Part shown: positions 38,565-51,790 of the stretch, in pieces
Numbering within the stretch: position 1 is the first letter of the stretch
Layout: every line of letters starts with the position of its first letter
Assembly (NCBI RefSeq): GCF_963921235.1
Contig: NC_086108.1
Coordinates: forward strand, 65,598,001 to 65,662,000
Direction: 5' to 3'
DNA: 64,000 bases
From: Mobula hypostoma
Taxonomy: Eukaryota
Translations under genes and position numbers: made by a program
Notes under the pieces: generated by a model
Seen by the model: the letters and a program-made list of their open reading frames with translations, nothing else
Told to the model about the DNA's origin: nothing
The model's database searches: none

Positions 38565-38712
38565 GATTGGAACCGGGGTATTTATCTCAGACATTGTTAA
38601 AGGTGGGGCTGCTGAACTCGATGGAAGGCTTATGCAAGGTGACCAGATCTTGTCAGTAAATGGAGAGGATATGCGAAATGCTTCACAAGAGACTGTGGCA
38701 ACAATACTAAAG
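38565..38712 (+). CDS. patj: PATJ exon: PDZ9-equivalent core
   Basis: gacag|G ATT...AAG|gtaaa, 148 nt, phase 2/0. Translates [49 protein letters not shown]. Confidence 0.95.
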
Positions 38713-38919
38713 GTAAACCACATGAACACCAGCAATTAGAAGTTCAAGGCCACGTCAAAAGGTGTCAGAATGTAGGTGAATGGGAGAGTTGCAACAGTTT
38801 CATCCAATGTAACGAGGGAGTGATGTCCCAGCAATTTTAGGAGTCAGATGTAAACTGATACTGAATTATTCCTTTGTCATGGAGGTCTTTAAGTAATATT
38901 GTCAGTTAGAATATTAATG

Positions 38920-40682
38920 TTACGGGTGGAACTGAGGAATAAAAATGGTATGACCGCACTCATGGGACTATATTACAGTCTGCGGGATTTAGAGGAACAA
39001 ATTCACAGGGAGATCACAGATTTGCAAGAACTATAAGGTTGTTATAGTAGGTGATTTTAATTTTCCACATATTGACTGAGACTCCCATACTGTACAAGGA
39101 CTAGATGGGGTAGAGTTTGTCAAATGTGTACAGGAAAGTTTCCTTAATAAGTTCATAAATGTCCCAACATGAGAGTGGGTGGTACTTCATCTGTTATTAG
39201 GAAATAAGATTGGGCAGGTGACAGAAGTTTGTGCAGGAGAACATTTTGTATCTAATGATCATAATGCCAGAAGTTTCAAAGTAAATATAGAAAAAAAGGT
39301 CTACAGGTTGAAATTCTAATTTGGAGAAAGGCCAATTTTGATGATATCAGAAAGGATATGGCAAGCGTGGATTGGGATCGGCTGTTTTCTGACAAAGGTG
39401 TACTTGGTAAGTGGGAGGCCTTAAAAAATGAACTTTTGAGAGTACAAAGCTTGTATGTGCCTGATAGAATAAAAGGTGAAGATAATAGATTTAGGGAATC
39501 TTGCTTTTCAAGAGATATTGAGGCCCTGGTGAAGGAAAAATAGGTGCATAGCAGGTATAGGCAGGTAGGAAAACTTACGGAGTATAGAAAATGCAAGAGG
39601 TCACCTAAGAAAGAAATGAGGAGGGCTAAAAGAAGGCACGAGGTTGCCCTAGCAAACAAGGTGAAGGCAAATCTTAAGGGATTCTACAGATATGTTAAGA
39701 TCTAAAGGACTGCAAGGGACAAACTTTGTCCTCTGGAAGCACAGAATGGTAAACTATGTATGGAGCTAAAAGAATTGGGGGAGATTTCAGAATGAACTTC
39801 TAGCATCTGTATTTACTCAGGAAATGGCCACAGAGTCTATCGAGGCAAGGCAGTGAGGTCATGAACCCTATACAGATTACACAGGATGAAGTGTTTGGTG
39901 TCTTGAGACAAATTAGGGTGGATAAATCCCCAAGGCCTGACAAGGTATTTCATTGGAACCTGTGGGAGGCAAATGTAGAAATTGATATGTAATTAAATTG
40001 AAAAGAATATGTAAGGCGCTCCTTCCCTTCGCTAGTCTGCAGGTTGCCCTTGGGTGAGGTGTGGCACCACTCAGCAGGATCACATGAAGCCATGGGAGCA
40101 GTTGGTGGATGGTCATATGTGCAACTGGTGCATATCCCAAGTCCTGATTATGTGATCACTAACACCAGGCATACAGTCTCTGAAGAGTATTGATAACGGC
40201 TGGGGTCACCCATCTTGTAAAGATGCTGCCCAGAAGAAGGCAATAACAAAACGCTTCTGTCAAAAATTTTGCCAAGAACGATCATGGTCATAAAAAGGCC
40301 ATAATCAGCCAAGTCATACAACGCAGCACATAACAAACAAACAATGTAGGGTAAATGCAAACTTTTTCCATTGAGATTGGGTAGGACTACAACCAGAGGG
40401 CAATGGTTAAGGGTGAAAGATGAAAAGTTGAAGGGAAACTTGAGGGGAAACTTCTTCACTCAGAAGATCATGAGAGTCTGGAATGAGCTGCCAGCACAAG
40501 TAGTACATGCAAGCTGGATTTCAAAGTTTTAAGAAAAGGTTGGCTCAGTACATAAATGGTTGGGGTATGGAGGGCTATGGTCCAGGTGCAGGTTGATGGG
40601 AGTGGGCAGTTTAAGTGGTTTTGGCATGGAGCAGATGGGTCAAAGGGCATGTTTCTGTGCTGTGCTTTTCTATGACTCTATG
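38920..40682 (+). mobile_element. Decayed CR1 with internal deletion and a nested SINE-like insert
   Basis: VVIVGDFNFPHID-like endonuclease, VDWDRLF, DKSP and a 3' tail ctatgactctatg. Confidence 0.75.
40013..40343 (+). mobile_element. RTE-related SINE-like element
   Basis: Body motif gaagaaggcaataacaaaacgcttctg...ttgccaagaa resembles the RTE/BovB-derived SINE body. It has an (ACAA)n tail. Confidence 0.5.
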
Positions 40683-41117
40683 GAATGGCATTTGGAAGTA
40701 GCAGGTGGCTTGAGGTGAAGTATCTTGAAGGATACTGGAATATATATGAGAGTGGATACTTCAGTCATGGAATAAGGTTTATGCCAGCAGACGTGGATGC
40801 CTAGGATGCTCAGTGAGGCTAGCCTATATACCTGAAAATGCAAAGAAACCTGATTCGCTTTTATAGAACAGCTGAATTAATGTCTTGTGTAATGGAAACC
40901 AAAATACAAGTATTTAAAACAAATCTGTAAATAAAGCCAGCCTTAGTAACAACAATCATCAAGCTCATTCCTGGGATTCTGGGTGATAAATTTTCATCAG
41001 TGAATAAATATAACATCACTTGATTGCTGTCAGAAATGTTGGGCCTCATTTGCTACTGAATTTTATAATAAAGAGCCATGACCAAAACAATCACTGACTA
41101 CAAACATCTAGCACGCT

Positions 41118-41215
41118 CAAAATAAAAACAGGAAGTGCTGGAAACATTCAGCAGATCAGGCAAAATTCTGCGGAGACAAAACCAGCTAATGTTACGGATC
41201 ATTGGCCTTCATCAG
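41118..41215 (-). mobile_element. Penelope-like pLTR fragment ending at the hammerhead CTGATGA
   Basis: aaaacaggaagtgctggaaacattcagcagatcaggc...ccttcatcag. Confidence 0.55.
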
Positions 41216-41617
41216 TGGGCAGACAGGCCCTAAGAAAACATCTGCTACTCACCCCAATTTAACCTTCCTGTGTCTCTCAGTAAACATTCTTGAGTTTGTT
41301 TAAAGATACTTCCTGTTGCTAGGCTTTTTGACAAAGGACCCAGCCCCCAATAGCAGGTAATTATATCACAAGTCGGTGGAAACATGTATTTGGTGCCAGT
41401 TCGTGAGCACTCTTTGCAAAATCCAAGTTATTTGAAATTCTGTAGCAGCCTGCACAATCTGGGCATTGAAGGCCATGAAAAGACTAGAATTTCTAGTATA
41501 TGCTTTTGGTGCACAAGGCAACCAGGCAAAATTGTAAAATTCTACCCTTTAATTGTTTAATTGCAATACAAATTGGTATTAGACTTCCTTATAACTTAAA
41601 CTTCTGCTTTTTTTCAG

Positions 41618-41704
41618 TGTGCTCAAGGATTAGTTCAGTTGGAAGTTGGCCGTCTGAAGGCAGGCTCATGGATCTCCTCCAGAAGTACATCACAAGGCAG
41701 CCAG
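41618..41704 (+). CDS. patj: PATJ exon: end of PDZ9-equivalent
   Basis: ttttcag|TGT...CAG|gtcat, 87 nt. Translates [29 protein letters not shown]. Confidence 0.92.
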
Positions 41705-42759
41705 GTCATTTAAACTCCGAAGTTCATTTGTGAAAGAATTTGCTGAAAGTTAATCATCATTTCTTATCTTTCAATTAATCAGTGATATGTTAATTAGAAT
41801 TGTGCCTGTGCCTCAGACAATATGCTTTCAGTTCATTGGAATATCAAAATGAAATTCAATTAAATTATGTAAAAGTAGTTACAGTCTGTCTGGAACACTC
41901 CGGTGCATCTCTTATAGCAAGTGACATAAGAACAGACCTGCAAGCAGATTGCCTTTCTGCTGGGGGACATTAGCCAGCAATGTAATACACATAGGTCCCG
42001 TATCATTTTGAAGATCTGTATTGTCTTCATTAATATATGTGACCTTAGTTTATTCATTATTGCAAAATGAGGATTGCATTATCATCGTGGGGATCAGTTA
42101 ATAGCTGTGAAAGCCAATGTATAAATGGTTTAATGTTTATGTTGATGCCTCAAGGGAACAGTAGTTTCGTTGCACATCCCAAAGCTGCAAGAAAATATTT
42201 TATCTAAATTTTTGTACTTTATTCATGAAATAGGAAGATGAATTATATTTGGAAGTCAGTAACTTTATATTAATAGCTAAAACAGGTGAAGAATTGTGCT
42301 TTATAAAATGTTAAATTTATGAATTAGGAAAGTATTATACTCTGTGAAACTGTATTAGTAATTATCTGTGGCTTCCAAATATTGCATCATTAAATTATCA
42401 GAGGAAAAGTGATCTACTTTGCAGAACTGTAACCATAAATTCACTGTAAATTAATTGGACGTTTTATTTTTAAAGCCACTGTAATTATTTTCTAATTGGC
42501 AGTATTTTTAAAAAGTGCTTACTTTCCAAATGGGAAATGAAAATTGCACTGATTTATTTCATTTCATTCTTAATTATCAGTGTTGTAAAAAGAAAATCTC
42601 TGGCTACGGTAAAGGATTGCATTCAAAATATCGCTGTCAGATTATCATTTCTGATATATACTAATTTTATTTCCATTCCCTGGTTTTTTGGTTTTGATTT
42701 TTGATTTATTGCCTCTGCCTCATAATTTTCACTACATTATGTATGTAAATTGCGGTTTA

Positions 42760-43492
42760 GAAATTCAGAAATCAGAAATGCAAAAAGGGACTGGGGAGTC
42801 CTAGTGCAGGATTCCCTAAAGGCTAACTTGTAGCTTGAGTTATAAGGAAGGCAGATGCAATGTTAGCATTCATTTCAAGAGGACTAGAATATAAAAGTAA
42901 GGGTATAATGCTGAGGCTTATAGGCAACAGTCAGATCACATTTGGAGTATTGTGAGCAGTTTTTGGCCCCATATCTAAGAAAGGCATTGGAGAGGGTCCA
43001 GAGGAGGTTTGCAAAAATGATTTTGGGAAAGAAAGGATTAAACTACGAAGAGCATTTGATGGCTTTGTGCCTGTACTCACTGGAGTTTGGAAGAATAAGA
43101 GGTGATCTAATTGAAAACTACCAGATATTGAAAGACCCAGATAGAGTAGATATGCAGACGATGTTTCCAGTAGTGGAAGTGACTGGGACCAGAGGGCACA
43201 GTCTCAGAATAGAGGCATGTCCATTTAGAACAGAGGTGAGAAAGAATTTCTTTAGCCAGAAGGTGGTGAATTTGTGGAATTCATTGCCACAGAAGGCTGT
43301 GGAGGCTAACTGAATGGATATATTTAAAGTGAAGGTTGATGGTTACTTAATTAATAAGGGTGTCAGTGATTATGGGGAGAAAGCAGGAGAATAGGGTTGA
43401 GAGGGAAAATATATTAGCCATGATCAATTGGCAGAGCAAAGTCAATGGGCCGAATAGCCTAATTCTGTTCTTATGACTTATGGGCTTATGTT
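42760..43492 (+). mobile_element. CR1 3' fragment
   Basis: EYCEQFLAPYL...ERVQRRF...TRGHSL...FFSQKVVNLWNSLP, followed by the tail. Confidence 0.85.
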
Positions 43493-43915
43493 AACATTTC
43501 TTAATCAATTATTATTTCTTAATTCTGTTCCTATGTGTTACTGTCTCATGATCTTATTTGTGGGGAAGAGGGATGTAGAGGTGGTGGTGGTCAGGGAAGA
43601 GAGGTGCAAGTAGTAACCATTTTGAAAACTGTTAATCAGGAACAAGTGTTGATCTCCAAGCCCAGCATCAAAATCTGTGCAATGATTTCCATCTGTGACT
43701 ATCATGGTTTAATCTGTGAAAAGGAATTAATCATATTTTTTCTTTCACTGTTCAGTTATTGGTGAATAGCCCACAAGATTAGGATAAAATAGGCCAGAAT
43801 TAGGAATGCATTTGAATCCCAATTGATATCCACTGTTGCCTCACAATCCAATTGATATCCTCTTTTTAAATTAAATTACCTTTATTAATTTTAATTTATT
43901 CTGATCTGACACTAG

Positions 43916-44030
43916 ATGAGCCAAGAAAGTGGCATCAGTAATCAGTCAAGATTTGGAGCTGCTGTGACAACTTCACAAAATATTGCTATCAGCAAGAAAA
44001 ATACAGCTGAATCCTCACAGAGGAACTTGG
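43916..44030 (+). CDS. patj: PATJ exon: inter-PDZ linker
   Basis: actag|ATG...TTG G|gtaaa, 115 nt, phase 0/1. Translates MSQESGISNQSRFGAAVTTSQNIAISKKNTAESSQRNL. It supplies the phase needed to join the flanking exons. Confidence 0.8.
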
Positions 44031-44605
44031 GTAAAATGTTAAATGTTTAATGTGTCGGGACTTTCTTTACATGTACTTTTTTCAACTATAATATCTGGGA
44101 AATTTTTACCTTCATGATATTGGGAATTTCTGCAGTAGATGGGTAATCGACTCAGCAATCATACAATCGATGAAGATTGTTCCATATTTTCTCTCTGATT
44201 TGTTAAATAGACTGATCTTTGATGCATAAAGTTTAGCTGAGTTCCATGAACACTCATGAAAAATGGAGAAATTAATTTGCACTGTAATAGTTATTGATGT
44301 ATTTGTTGTGCAATTGCAACTATTTTGAAGTGAAGTATTTCAAAATAAAAATGCATTAAACTCATTCAACCCATAATCTGTCCATAGAATGTGTAGTCTA
44401 TTCCATCACACATTTTCTAAGGCAAGGTTCCTCATTATTATCCTTCAATGCTCCTTCTCACAGTACAGATGCCAGTGTCCAAACCAGAAATTATTGCCTG
44501 TGAGAATGTGTTGGTAAGCAGTCCCCTTGGTCAAATACTGCATAATGTCATCGGTTTGGGACTTACAGGATTGCAGCCCATTCACAATGAAGGAATGATG
44601 ACATA

Positions 44606-45154
44606 CACTCAGTGGCCACTTTATTAGGTACCTCCTGTACATAATAAAGTGACCTCTGAGTGTATGTCATGGTCTTCTTCTGCTGCTGTAACCCATCCAT
44701 TTCAATGTTCAATGTGACTTGTGTTCAGAGATGCTCTTCTGCATACCACTGTTACAACATTTTTATTTGAGTTACTGTCACCTTCCTGTCAGCTTGAGCT
44801 AGTCCTGCCAGTCTCCTCTAACCTCTCTCATTCACAAGGCATTTTTGCCCACAGAACTGCTGCTCACTGGATGCTTTTTGTTTTTCGCACCATTCTATGT
44901 AAACTCCAGAGACTGCTGTTCATGATCAGCAGTGTCTGGAATACTCAAACCACCCCATCTGGCATCAACAATTATTCCACAGTAAAGTCATTTAGATCAC
45001 ATTTCTTCTCCCTTCTGATGTTTGGTCTGAACACCAAATGAATCTCCTGACTGTATGCTTTTGTGCATTGAGTTGTTGCCATATGCTTGGCTGATTAGAT
45101 ATTTGCATTAACAAGCAGGTATGCAAGTGTACCTAATAAAGTGGCCTCTGAGTG
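44606..45154 (-). mobile_element. Non-autonomous Tc1-like element (same family as 8710-9266)
   Basis: TA|cactcagtggccactttattaggtac ... gtacctaataaagtggcctctgagtg|TA. Confidence 0.8.
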
Positions 45155-47437
45155 TATGCTAGATAAAATGGTGTGCAAGCTGGAGGGCAAGCAATATTTG
45201 GTGATGTTTACATGCACTCAGCACTTGAAGCTGGTTTGCTGCTCGTGCCCATAATTGGAGCCTGCCTTTGCTGAGGATAAGTATACTCTGGGACCTCCTT
45301 TTAATAGTGTTTAAATATCCACCACTGTTCATGACTAAAAACAGCAATTGCTAGAAACATCCAGAAAATCGGGCACCCTTTGTGCGAAAACAAGTAAAGT
45401 CAACATTTCCAGTAAAAGACACTTCATCGGAACTGGGAAGGAGAGAAGACAATTTACTATTAAATTACAGAGAGTGTGAGGGATGGATGGATAGGACGAA
45501 TGAAAGAGTGAGGCCAAATGACTCCAAAGTTTATGGAGTTCCAACAGTTGGTAGAGTTACGGAGAATGAGGAATGTTGTAATAGATTAGACTAGGATATA
45601 CATCTGCAATAATTGGTCTGGACATTGAGTATAACAGTTGGGAAGTCATGTTGCAGCTATACGAAATTTTGGTTAGGCCACATTTGGAATATTGTGTGAT
45701 TTCTGGTTACTACAGTACAGAAAGGATATGGAGAGGGTGCAGAAGAGATTCACCAGGATGATAATTGGATGGAGTGTAGAGGGTGACGTTGGACAAACTT
45801 AGATAATTTTCTCTGGAGCATTGAAGGCTGACAGGTGTCCTGATACAAGTATATAAAATTGTGAGAAGCATAGATATGATAGACAGAGTCTTTTTCCCAA
45901 GTTGGTAATGTCAAGTACTAAAGAAACACAGATTTAATGTGAGGGGAGGAAGTTTAAAGGTGATATATGAGGCAAGTTTTTGGTGTCTGGACTTCCCTCC
46001 TAGGGGAGAGGTCATAGAAGTAGATACCAAAGCAATATTTAAGAGGTACAGTGCCTATCAAAAAACATTCGCCCCCCACCCCACCAGAAGTTTTCATGTT
46101 TTATTGTTTTACAACATTGAATCACAGTGTATTTAATTTTTTTTGACACTGATTAATGGAAAAAGACTTTTTTGTGTCAAAGTGAAAACAGAAAGATACA
46201 AAGTGATCTAAATTAATTACAAATATAAAACACAAAATGACTGATTGCATAAATATTCACCCCCTTTAATATGACACACCAAATCATCACTGGTGCAGCC
46301 AATTGGTTTTACAAGTCACATAATTAGTTAAATGGCTATCATTATTGTACAGTCAAGGTGTTTCAATTGATTGTAGTAAAAATACACCTGTATCTGGAAG
46401 GTCTAACTGCTGGTGAGTCAATATCCTGGCAGAAACTACACCATGAAGGCAAAAGAATACTCCAAGCAACTCTGTGGAAAGGTTATTGAAAAGTACAAGA
46501 CAGGAGATGGACACAAGAAAATTTCCAAGTCACTGAATATCCCTTGGTTAAGTCAATCATCAAGAAATGGAAAGAATATGACTCAGCTGTAAATCTGCCT
46601 AGAGCAGGCCGTCCTCAAAAACTGAGTGACTGTGCAAGAAGGGGACTAGTGAGGGAAGCCACCAAGAGACCTAAGACAACTCTGGAGGAGTTACAAGCTT
46701 CAGTGTCTGAGACTGCGCATACAACAACTGTTGCTTGGGTGCTTCCCCAGTCACAGCTTGATGGGAGAGTGGCAAAGAGAAAGCCACTGTTGGAAAAAAA
46801 ACACACATGAAATCTCGGCTAGAGTTTGCCAGAAGGCATGTGGGTGACTCTGAAGTCAACTAGAAGAAGGTTCTATGATCTAATGAAATGAAAATTGAGC
46901 TTACTGGCCATTAGACCACACCGCACATAATCAAAAACACATCATCCCTACCCCAAAGCGTGGTGGTGGCTGCATCATGCTGTGGAGATGCTTCACTGCA
47001 GCAGGTCCTGGTAGGCTTGTGAAGGTAGAGGGTAAAATGAATGCAGCAAAATACAGGGAAATCCTGGAGGAAAACCTGATGCAGTCTGCAAGAGAACTGC
47101 GACTCGGGAGAAGATTTGTTTTCCAGCAACACAATGACCCCAAGCTAAAAGCCAACAGGAATGGCCTAAAAACAACAAAGTTTATGTCCTGCAGTGGCCA
47201 AGTCAGAGCCCAGACCTCAAACCAATTGAGAATTTGTGGCTGGACTTGAAAAGGGCTGTTCACTCACGATTCCCATGCAATCTGGCCGAGCTTGAGCGGT
47301 TTTGTCAACAAGAAAGGTGGAAAAATTGCAGAGTCCAGATGTGCATAGCTGAGAGAGACCTATCCACACAGACTCAAGGGTGTAATTGCTACCAAAGGTG
47401 CATCTACTAATACTGACTTGAAGGGCGTAAATAATTA

Positions 47438-49108
47438 CGGTGGTGCTAGAAAGTTTGTGAACTCTGTGGAATTTTCTCTACTTCTGCATAAGTAGGACCT
47501 AAAATGGGATCAGATCTTTATGCAAGTTCTAAAACTAGATAAGTGGAACCCAATTAAATAATAACACAAAAACATTATATTCATTTATTTATTGAAAAAT
47601 ATTGATCCTGTATTACATGTATTTGTTGGAAAAAGTATGTGAATCTCTGGGGTAATGCCTTCTACAAAAGCTATTTGGAGTCAGATGTTCCAATCAATGA
47701 GATGAGATTGGAGGTATTAGAGGTGCCCCGCCCTATAAAAAAAAGACACAGTCAAGTTACTGATAGAACCTGTTCTTCTGAAGAAAGATCTGTTCATGTG
47801 CACCTTACCTCAATCAAAGCAACTTTGAGAGGACTTTAGAATTGTAAAGATCCATCAAGCTAGAAAAGGCTACAAAAGCATTTCTAAAGACCTTGTCTAC
47901 AAATGGAGGAAACCTGGTAACTTTGCTACTCTCCCTAGGAATGGGCATCCTGCAAAGATCACACCAAGAGCATAACGTGCAATGCTGACGGAGGTGAAAA
48001 AGAACCCAAGGGTAACAGCAAAAGACCTGCAGAAATCTTTTGATCTTGCTAAAGTCAGTGTTCATGTATCCACAGTAAGAAAAGCACTGAACAAGAATGG
48101 TATTCATGGAAAGACACCACTGAGGAAACCACTGCTCTCCAAAAAAGCATTGCTGCATGTCTCAAGTTTGCAAGACCACCTGGATGTTCTACAATGCCTC
48201 TAGGACATTGATCTGTGGACAGATGAGACAAAAGTTGAACTTTTTGGCAGAAATGCACATTGCTATGTTTAGAGGAAAAGGGACACTGCACACCAACACC
48301 AAAACCTCATCCCAACTGTGAAGCATGGTGGAAGGAGCATCATGGTTTGGAGCTGCTTTGCTGCCTCAGGACCTGGACATCTTGCAGTTCTTGAGGGAAT
48401 CCACGATTGTATCAAGTGATTTTACAGGACAATATCAGGGTATCAGTCTGTCACCTGAACTTAATAGAAGTTGGATAATTCACAAGACAATGATTCGAAA
48501 GACGAGTAAAGTAGGGAGAAGGCCAAGGAGTTGACAAAAGGATCAACAGTAATTGAATGGCAGAGCAGACTCGATGGGCCAGATAGCCTAATTCTGCTTG
48601 TATATCTTCTGAACTTGTGGTTCTAATCAACAGCAGAATGGTTTAGAAGGAAAAAATTCATATTTTGGAATGGCTGAGTCAAAGTGCTGACCTTCATCCT
48701 GTAAAAATGTTGTGAAAGGGCCTTAAGCAAGCAGGTCATGAAGGAAGCCTGCCAACATCCCAGAGTTGAAGCGGGCTTGTAAGGAATGGCCTAAAATTAC
48801 TCCAAGCCAATGTTTAGGACTGATCAACGGTTACCGGAAACGTTTGGTTGAAGTTACTGCTGTACAAGGGGGTCACGCCAGTTACTGAAAGCAAAGGTTC
48901 ACATAATTTTTCCAACAAATACATGTAATAATGGATCATTTTTCTCAATAAATAAATGAATAAGTATAATGTTTTTTGTGTTACTATTTTAATTGGGTTC
49001 TCTTTATCTAGGTTTAGGACTTATGTGAAGATCTGAACATATTTGAGGTCCTATTTATACAGAAATAGAGAAAATTCTGCAGGGTTCACAAATGTTAAGG
49101 CACCACTG
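47438..49108 (+). mobile_element. Tc1 IR/DR transposon B (decayed transposase ~47805-48888)
   Basis: TA|cggtggtgctagaaagtttgtgaac ... gttcacaaatgttaaggcaccactg|TA with ~210-bp IRs. Remnants include VKKNPRVTAKDLQ, LWTDETKVE and TVKHGG. Confidence 0.9.
48510..48624 (+). repeat. CR1 3'-tail fragment nested in Tc1 B
   Basis: gaatggcagagcagactcgatgggccagatagcctaattctgct interrupts the transposase sequence. Confidence 0.7.
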
Positions 49109-49654
49109 TATGCAATCAATTATTTTGTGTTTAATAAATGTAATAAATGCAGACCAATTTATAGAAAATTGTTTTCACTTTGACACAGAGTCTTTTCTGT
49201 TGATCAGTGTCAAAAACACCAAATTAAATTCACTGTGATTAAGTGTTGTAAAACAATAAAACATGAAAACTTCCATGGGGGGGGGGTGAATACTTTTTAT
49301 AGGCACTGTATTTAGACAGATACATAAACAGATAGAGAATAGAGAAATACAACCCTACAGGCAGATGTGATGAGTTAGATTGGCATCCTGGTCTATGCAG
49401 GACCAGTTCCTGTTCTGTGTTCCCTCAGGTGATGCCTGTTCAAAGAGTAAAACATGAAATAATTACTGATGGGGTAACCTTAGCAAAACTAGCCAGTTCA
49501 AATCAAAGTATGAAAAGTGTTCTCGCAGAAACTATTCAATCTGATACTGAGACCTGAAGGCTGTAGAATGCCCAGATGGAAGACAAAGTGCTTTTAATCA
49601 AATATAGCTTGGGCTTCACTGGAACTGTGCTGATGAGCACAGACACCACACAGA

Positions 49655-49880
49655 GTAGAGTTTGCACTTCTTCCTTTCACCATGTGGATTTCCTCTGGAT
49701 GCTCTGGTTTGCTCTCACATTTCAAAAGTTTTTGGGTTGGTTGGCCAGTAGGCCACTATGAATTGCTGAGTGGTAGTATGAGGAGTTGATGAGAATGTGG
49801 GGAGTATAAAATGGGATTAGTGTAAATATGGATGCTTGATTTTCAGTGTAGAGTCAGTGAACCAAAGGGCAACTTTCCCT
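49655..49880 (+). repeat. Decayed SINE fragment (V-SINE/HE1-like body plus CR1-type tail)
   Basis: gagtttgcacttcttcc...catgtggatttcctctggatgctctggtttgctctcaca. Confidence 0.5.
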
Positions 49881-50987
49881 TTTTTGATCAGCGGTTTACA
49901 AGCTGTTAAAATTTTCAAATTAAAGTATGATTACTATTGTCCATAAAGCACTCTATTCTTGGGAGGCCCACCATTCACGAAAATCCCCACTGTGCCCATA
50001 GAAACCAATGCTCCCTCTCCAAGGGCACCCGGCACAGACATAACCCCAGAAGAGAGACAGGCGGTCAACTTGGCCAGGGTGTCGTTCTATGCAGCATGAT
50101 TGTAATTCACTTTCTGAGACCAATGGTTCAGAGTTGGAGTGAAAAAGAAAATTAATGTGACATCTCTCTGGAAATGCAGGCACTCCCGGTGACTAAATGG
50201 AGCTGTTCTGTAAAATAGTCACTGATCTACATCTGTCTTTTCCAGTGGAAAGGAATCCACATTGTGAGCAAACTACACAACATAATTTTCTTGATTAGAT
50301 GTGGCAGGACCTCAAAATTTTGATTTGACCCATTGTTTGTGGGTTTGCTTAGCTTTATATATTGCATGCTGATTTTACTGTTTAGCATGCACGTGTTGCA
50401 ACTTCAGCAGAAGACACCTCATGTTTGGAACTGGTATGCCCTTCTGGACTGCTTATTGAACCAGTGTAATGTAACAGAACTTAACATAAACATTCTTTTC
50501 ATATCTTTACTGGTTAAACTTTAGCTACTGCCCTTTAAAGTGGGGATATGCTTAATCCAATTCAATAAGATGCAACAATGAAAGGCGATTGCAATGACCT
50601 AGTGACACGATTATCAAATTATTGAAGACCAGATGTCAGAGAAATCCCAGATTCAATTCACATTTTCATTGATATACTTAACAAATTAATAGAAACTTAC
50701 TATAACTGTCATTGGTGTAAGTCCTGGATTCATATCTCAATATTGAAATGTGATTAGTTTTAATTATTCTCCACTTTGCAGTAAACAAGTAATAAGCATT
50801 ATTATTTGCAAAAAGGTCATATGATTCTCTTATTTCAAAAATGCTGTATGCAATATTGCAACAAAACTCTTTGTACTTTTACATAACTTCTCACAATCTT
50901 AAAATAGTTAACTTAAAATCCAAGTTATCAATGGAACATGGCTAAGGCAGTCTAATAATGAGTTTTGTTTCAACTTGAATCTTTTAG

Positions 50988-51025
50988 GTTCAGATACAGG
51001 TCTGAGAACCGTGGAAATAACAAGG
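50988..51025 (+). CDS. patj: PATJ 38-nt exon: first strand of the PDZ10-equivalent domain
   Basis: cttttag|GT TCA...AGG|gtaagt, phase 1/0. Translates (G)SDTGLRTVEITR. Confidence 0.85.
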
Positions 51026-51039
51026 GTAAGTAAAATGTA

Positions 51040-51790
51040 CTGTATATAGTTCTAATGGAGAACAAGGCTGTACTTGACCTTCGGGACTAAAACTAGGCAG
51101 GAGATGGAAATGTCGTTCAGAGAACGTTGGAAATAGTAGCCATAATTATTAAAATTAGTAATGGGATAAGGTTGGTGCTCAAATCAAGGTGCTGAATTGC
51201 GGGGAGGTTGATTTCAGTAGCATAAGAGAGGACCTGGCAATAGTAGACTGGGAGTGGAAGCCCAAAACATTGACTGTAATTTCTTCTATAGATGCTGCCT
51301 GGCCTGCTGAGTTCCTCCAGTATTTTGTATGTGTTGCTCAGAATCCCAGCATCTGCAGATTTTGTCTTGTTTGGGAGCAGATGCTTGTAGGCAGGATCAT
51401 ATCTAACTTACAGCAACACACGCAAAGTGCTGGAGGAAGTCAGCAGGCCAGACAGCATCTCTGGAAAAGAGTAAACAGTCGAGATTTTGGGCCAAGACCC
51501 TAACATATAGGAGTCTTTGAAAAGAGAGTTAGAAAGTTAGGGCCAACATGTTCCAGTAAGGGTGAAAGGCAAAAATGGCAAAATTAAGGAACATAATGAC
51601 CAAGGATATTGATCAGGAAAATAAAGGCAGCATATGACAATAGGGGCAACTGGAATCAACTGAGTCCATTGAAGAATATAGAGTATGTAAGAGAGAGCTT
51701 AAGAAAGAAATTAGGAAGCAAAAAGGGGCCATAGTAAATCCTTAGTAGATGTAACTAAAGAAAGTCCTAAAACACACTACAAATATTTAG
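51040..51790 (+). mobile_element. Decayed CR1 fragment with two nested Penelope-like pLTR pieces (~51259-51372 +, ~51414-51499 -)
   Basis: IREDLAIVDWE CR1 motif is interrupted by gcccaaaacattgact...gatgctgcctggcctgctgag, then by an opposite-strand pLTR. Confidence 0.6.

Larger units (their letters stand above)
46049..49308 (+). mobile_element. Tc1 IR/DR transposon A (decayed transposase ~46443-47416) containing nested Tc1 B
   Basis: TA|cagtgcctat...ataggcactg|TA with ~220-bp IRs carrying inner and outer DRs. Transposase remnants include IIKKWK...LPRAGRPQKL, KMNAAKYREILEENL and FVFQQHNDPK. Confidence 0.9.
45500..49420 (+). mobile_element. Decayed CR1 3' region split by a Tc1 at a TA site
   Basis: ...atttaagaggTA (46047-46048) resumes as TAtttagacag (49309 onward). 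Confidence 0.65.

Noticed and set aside
49935..50195. Slightly GC-richer unique stretch with short ORFs on both strands
   Set aside because: No recognisable homology, TE hallmarks or phase-compatible splice sites. It could be a conserved element, but the sequence alone does not support that.
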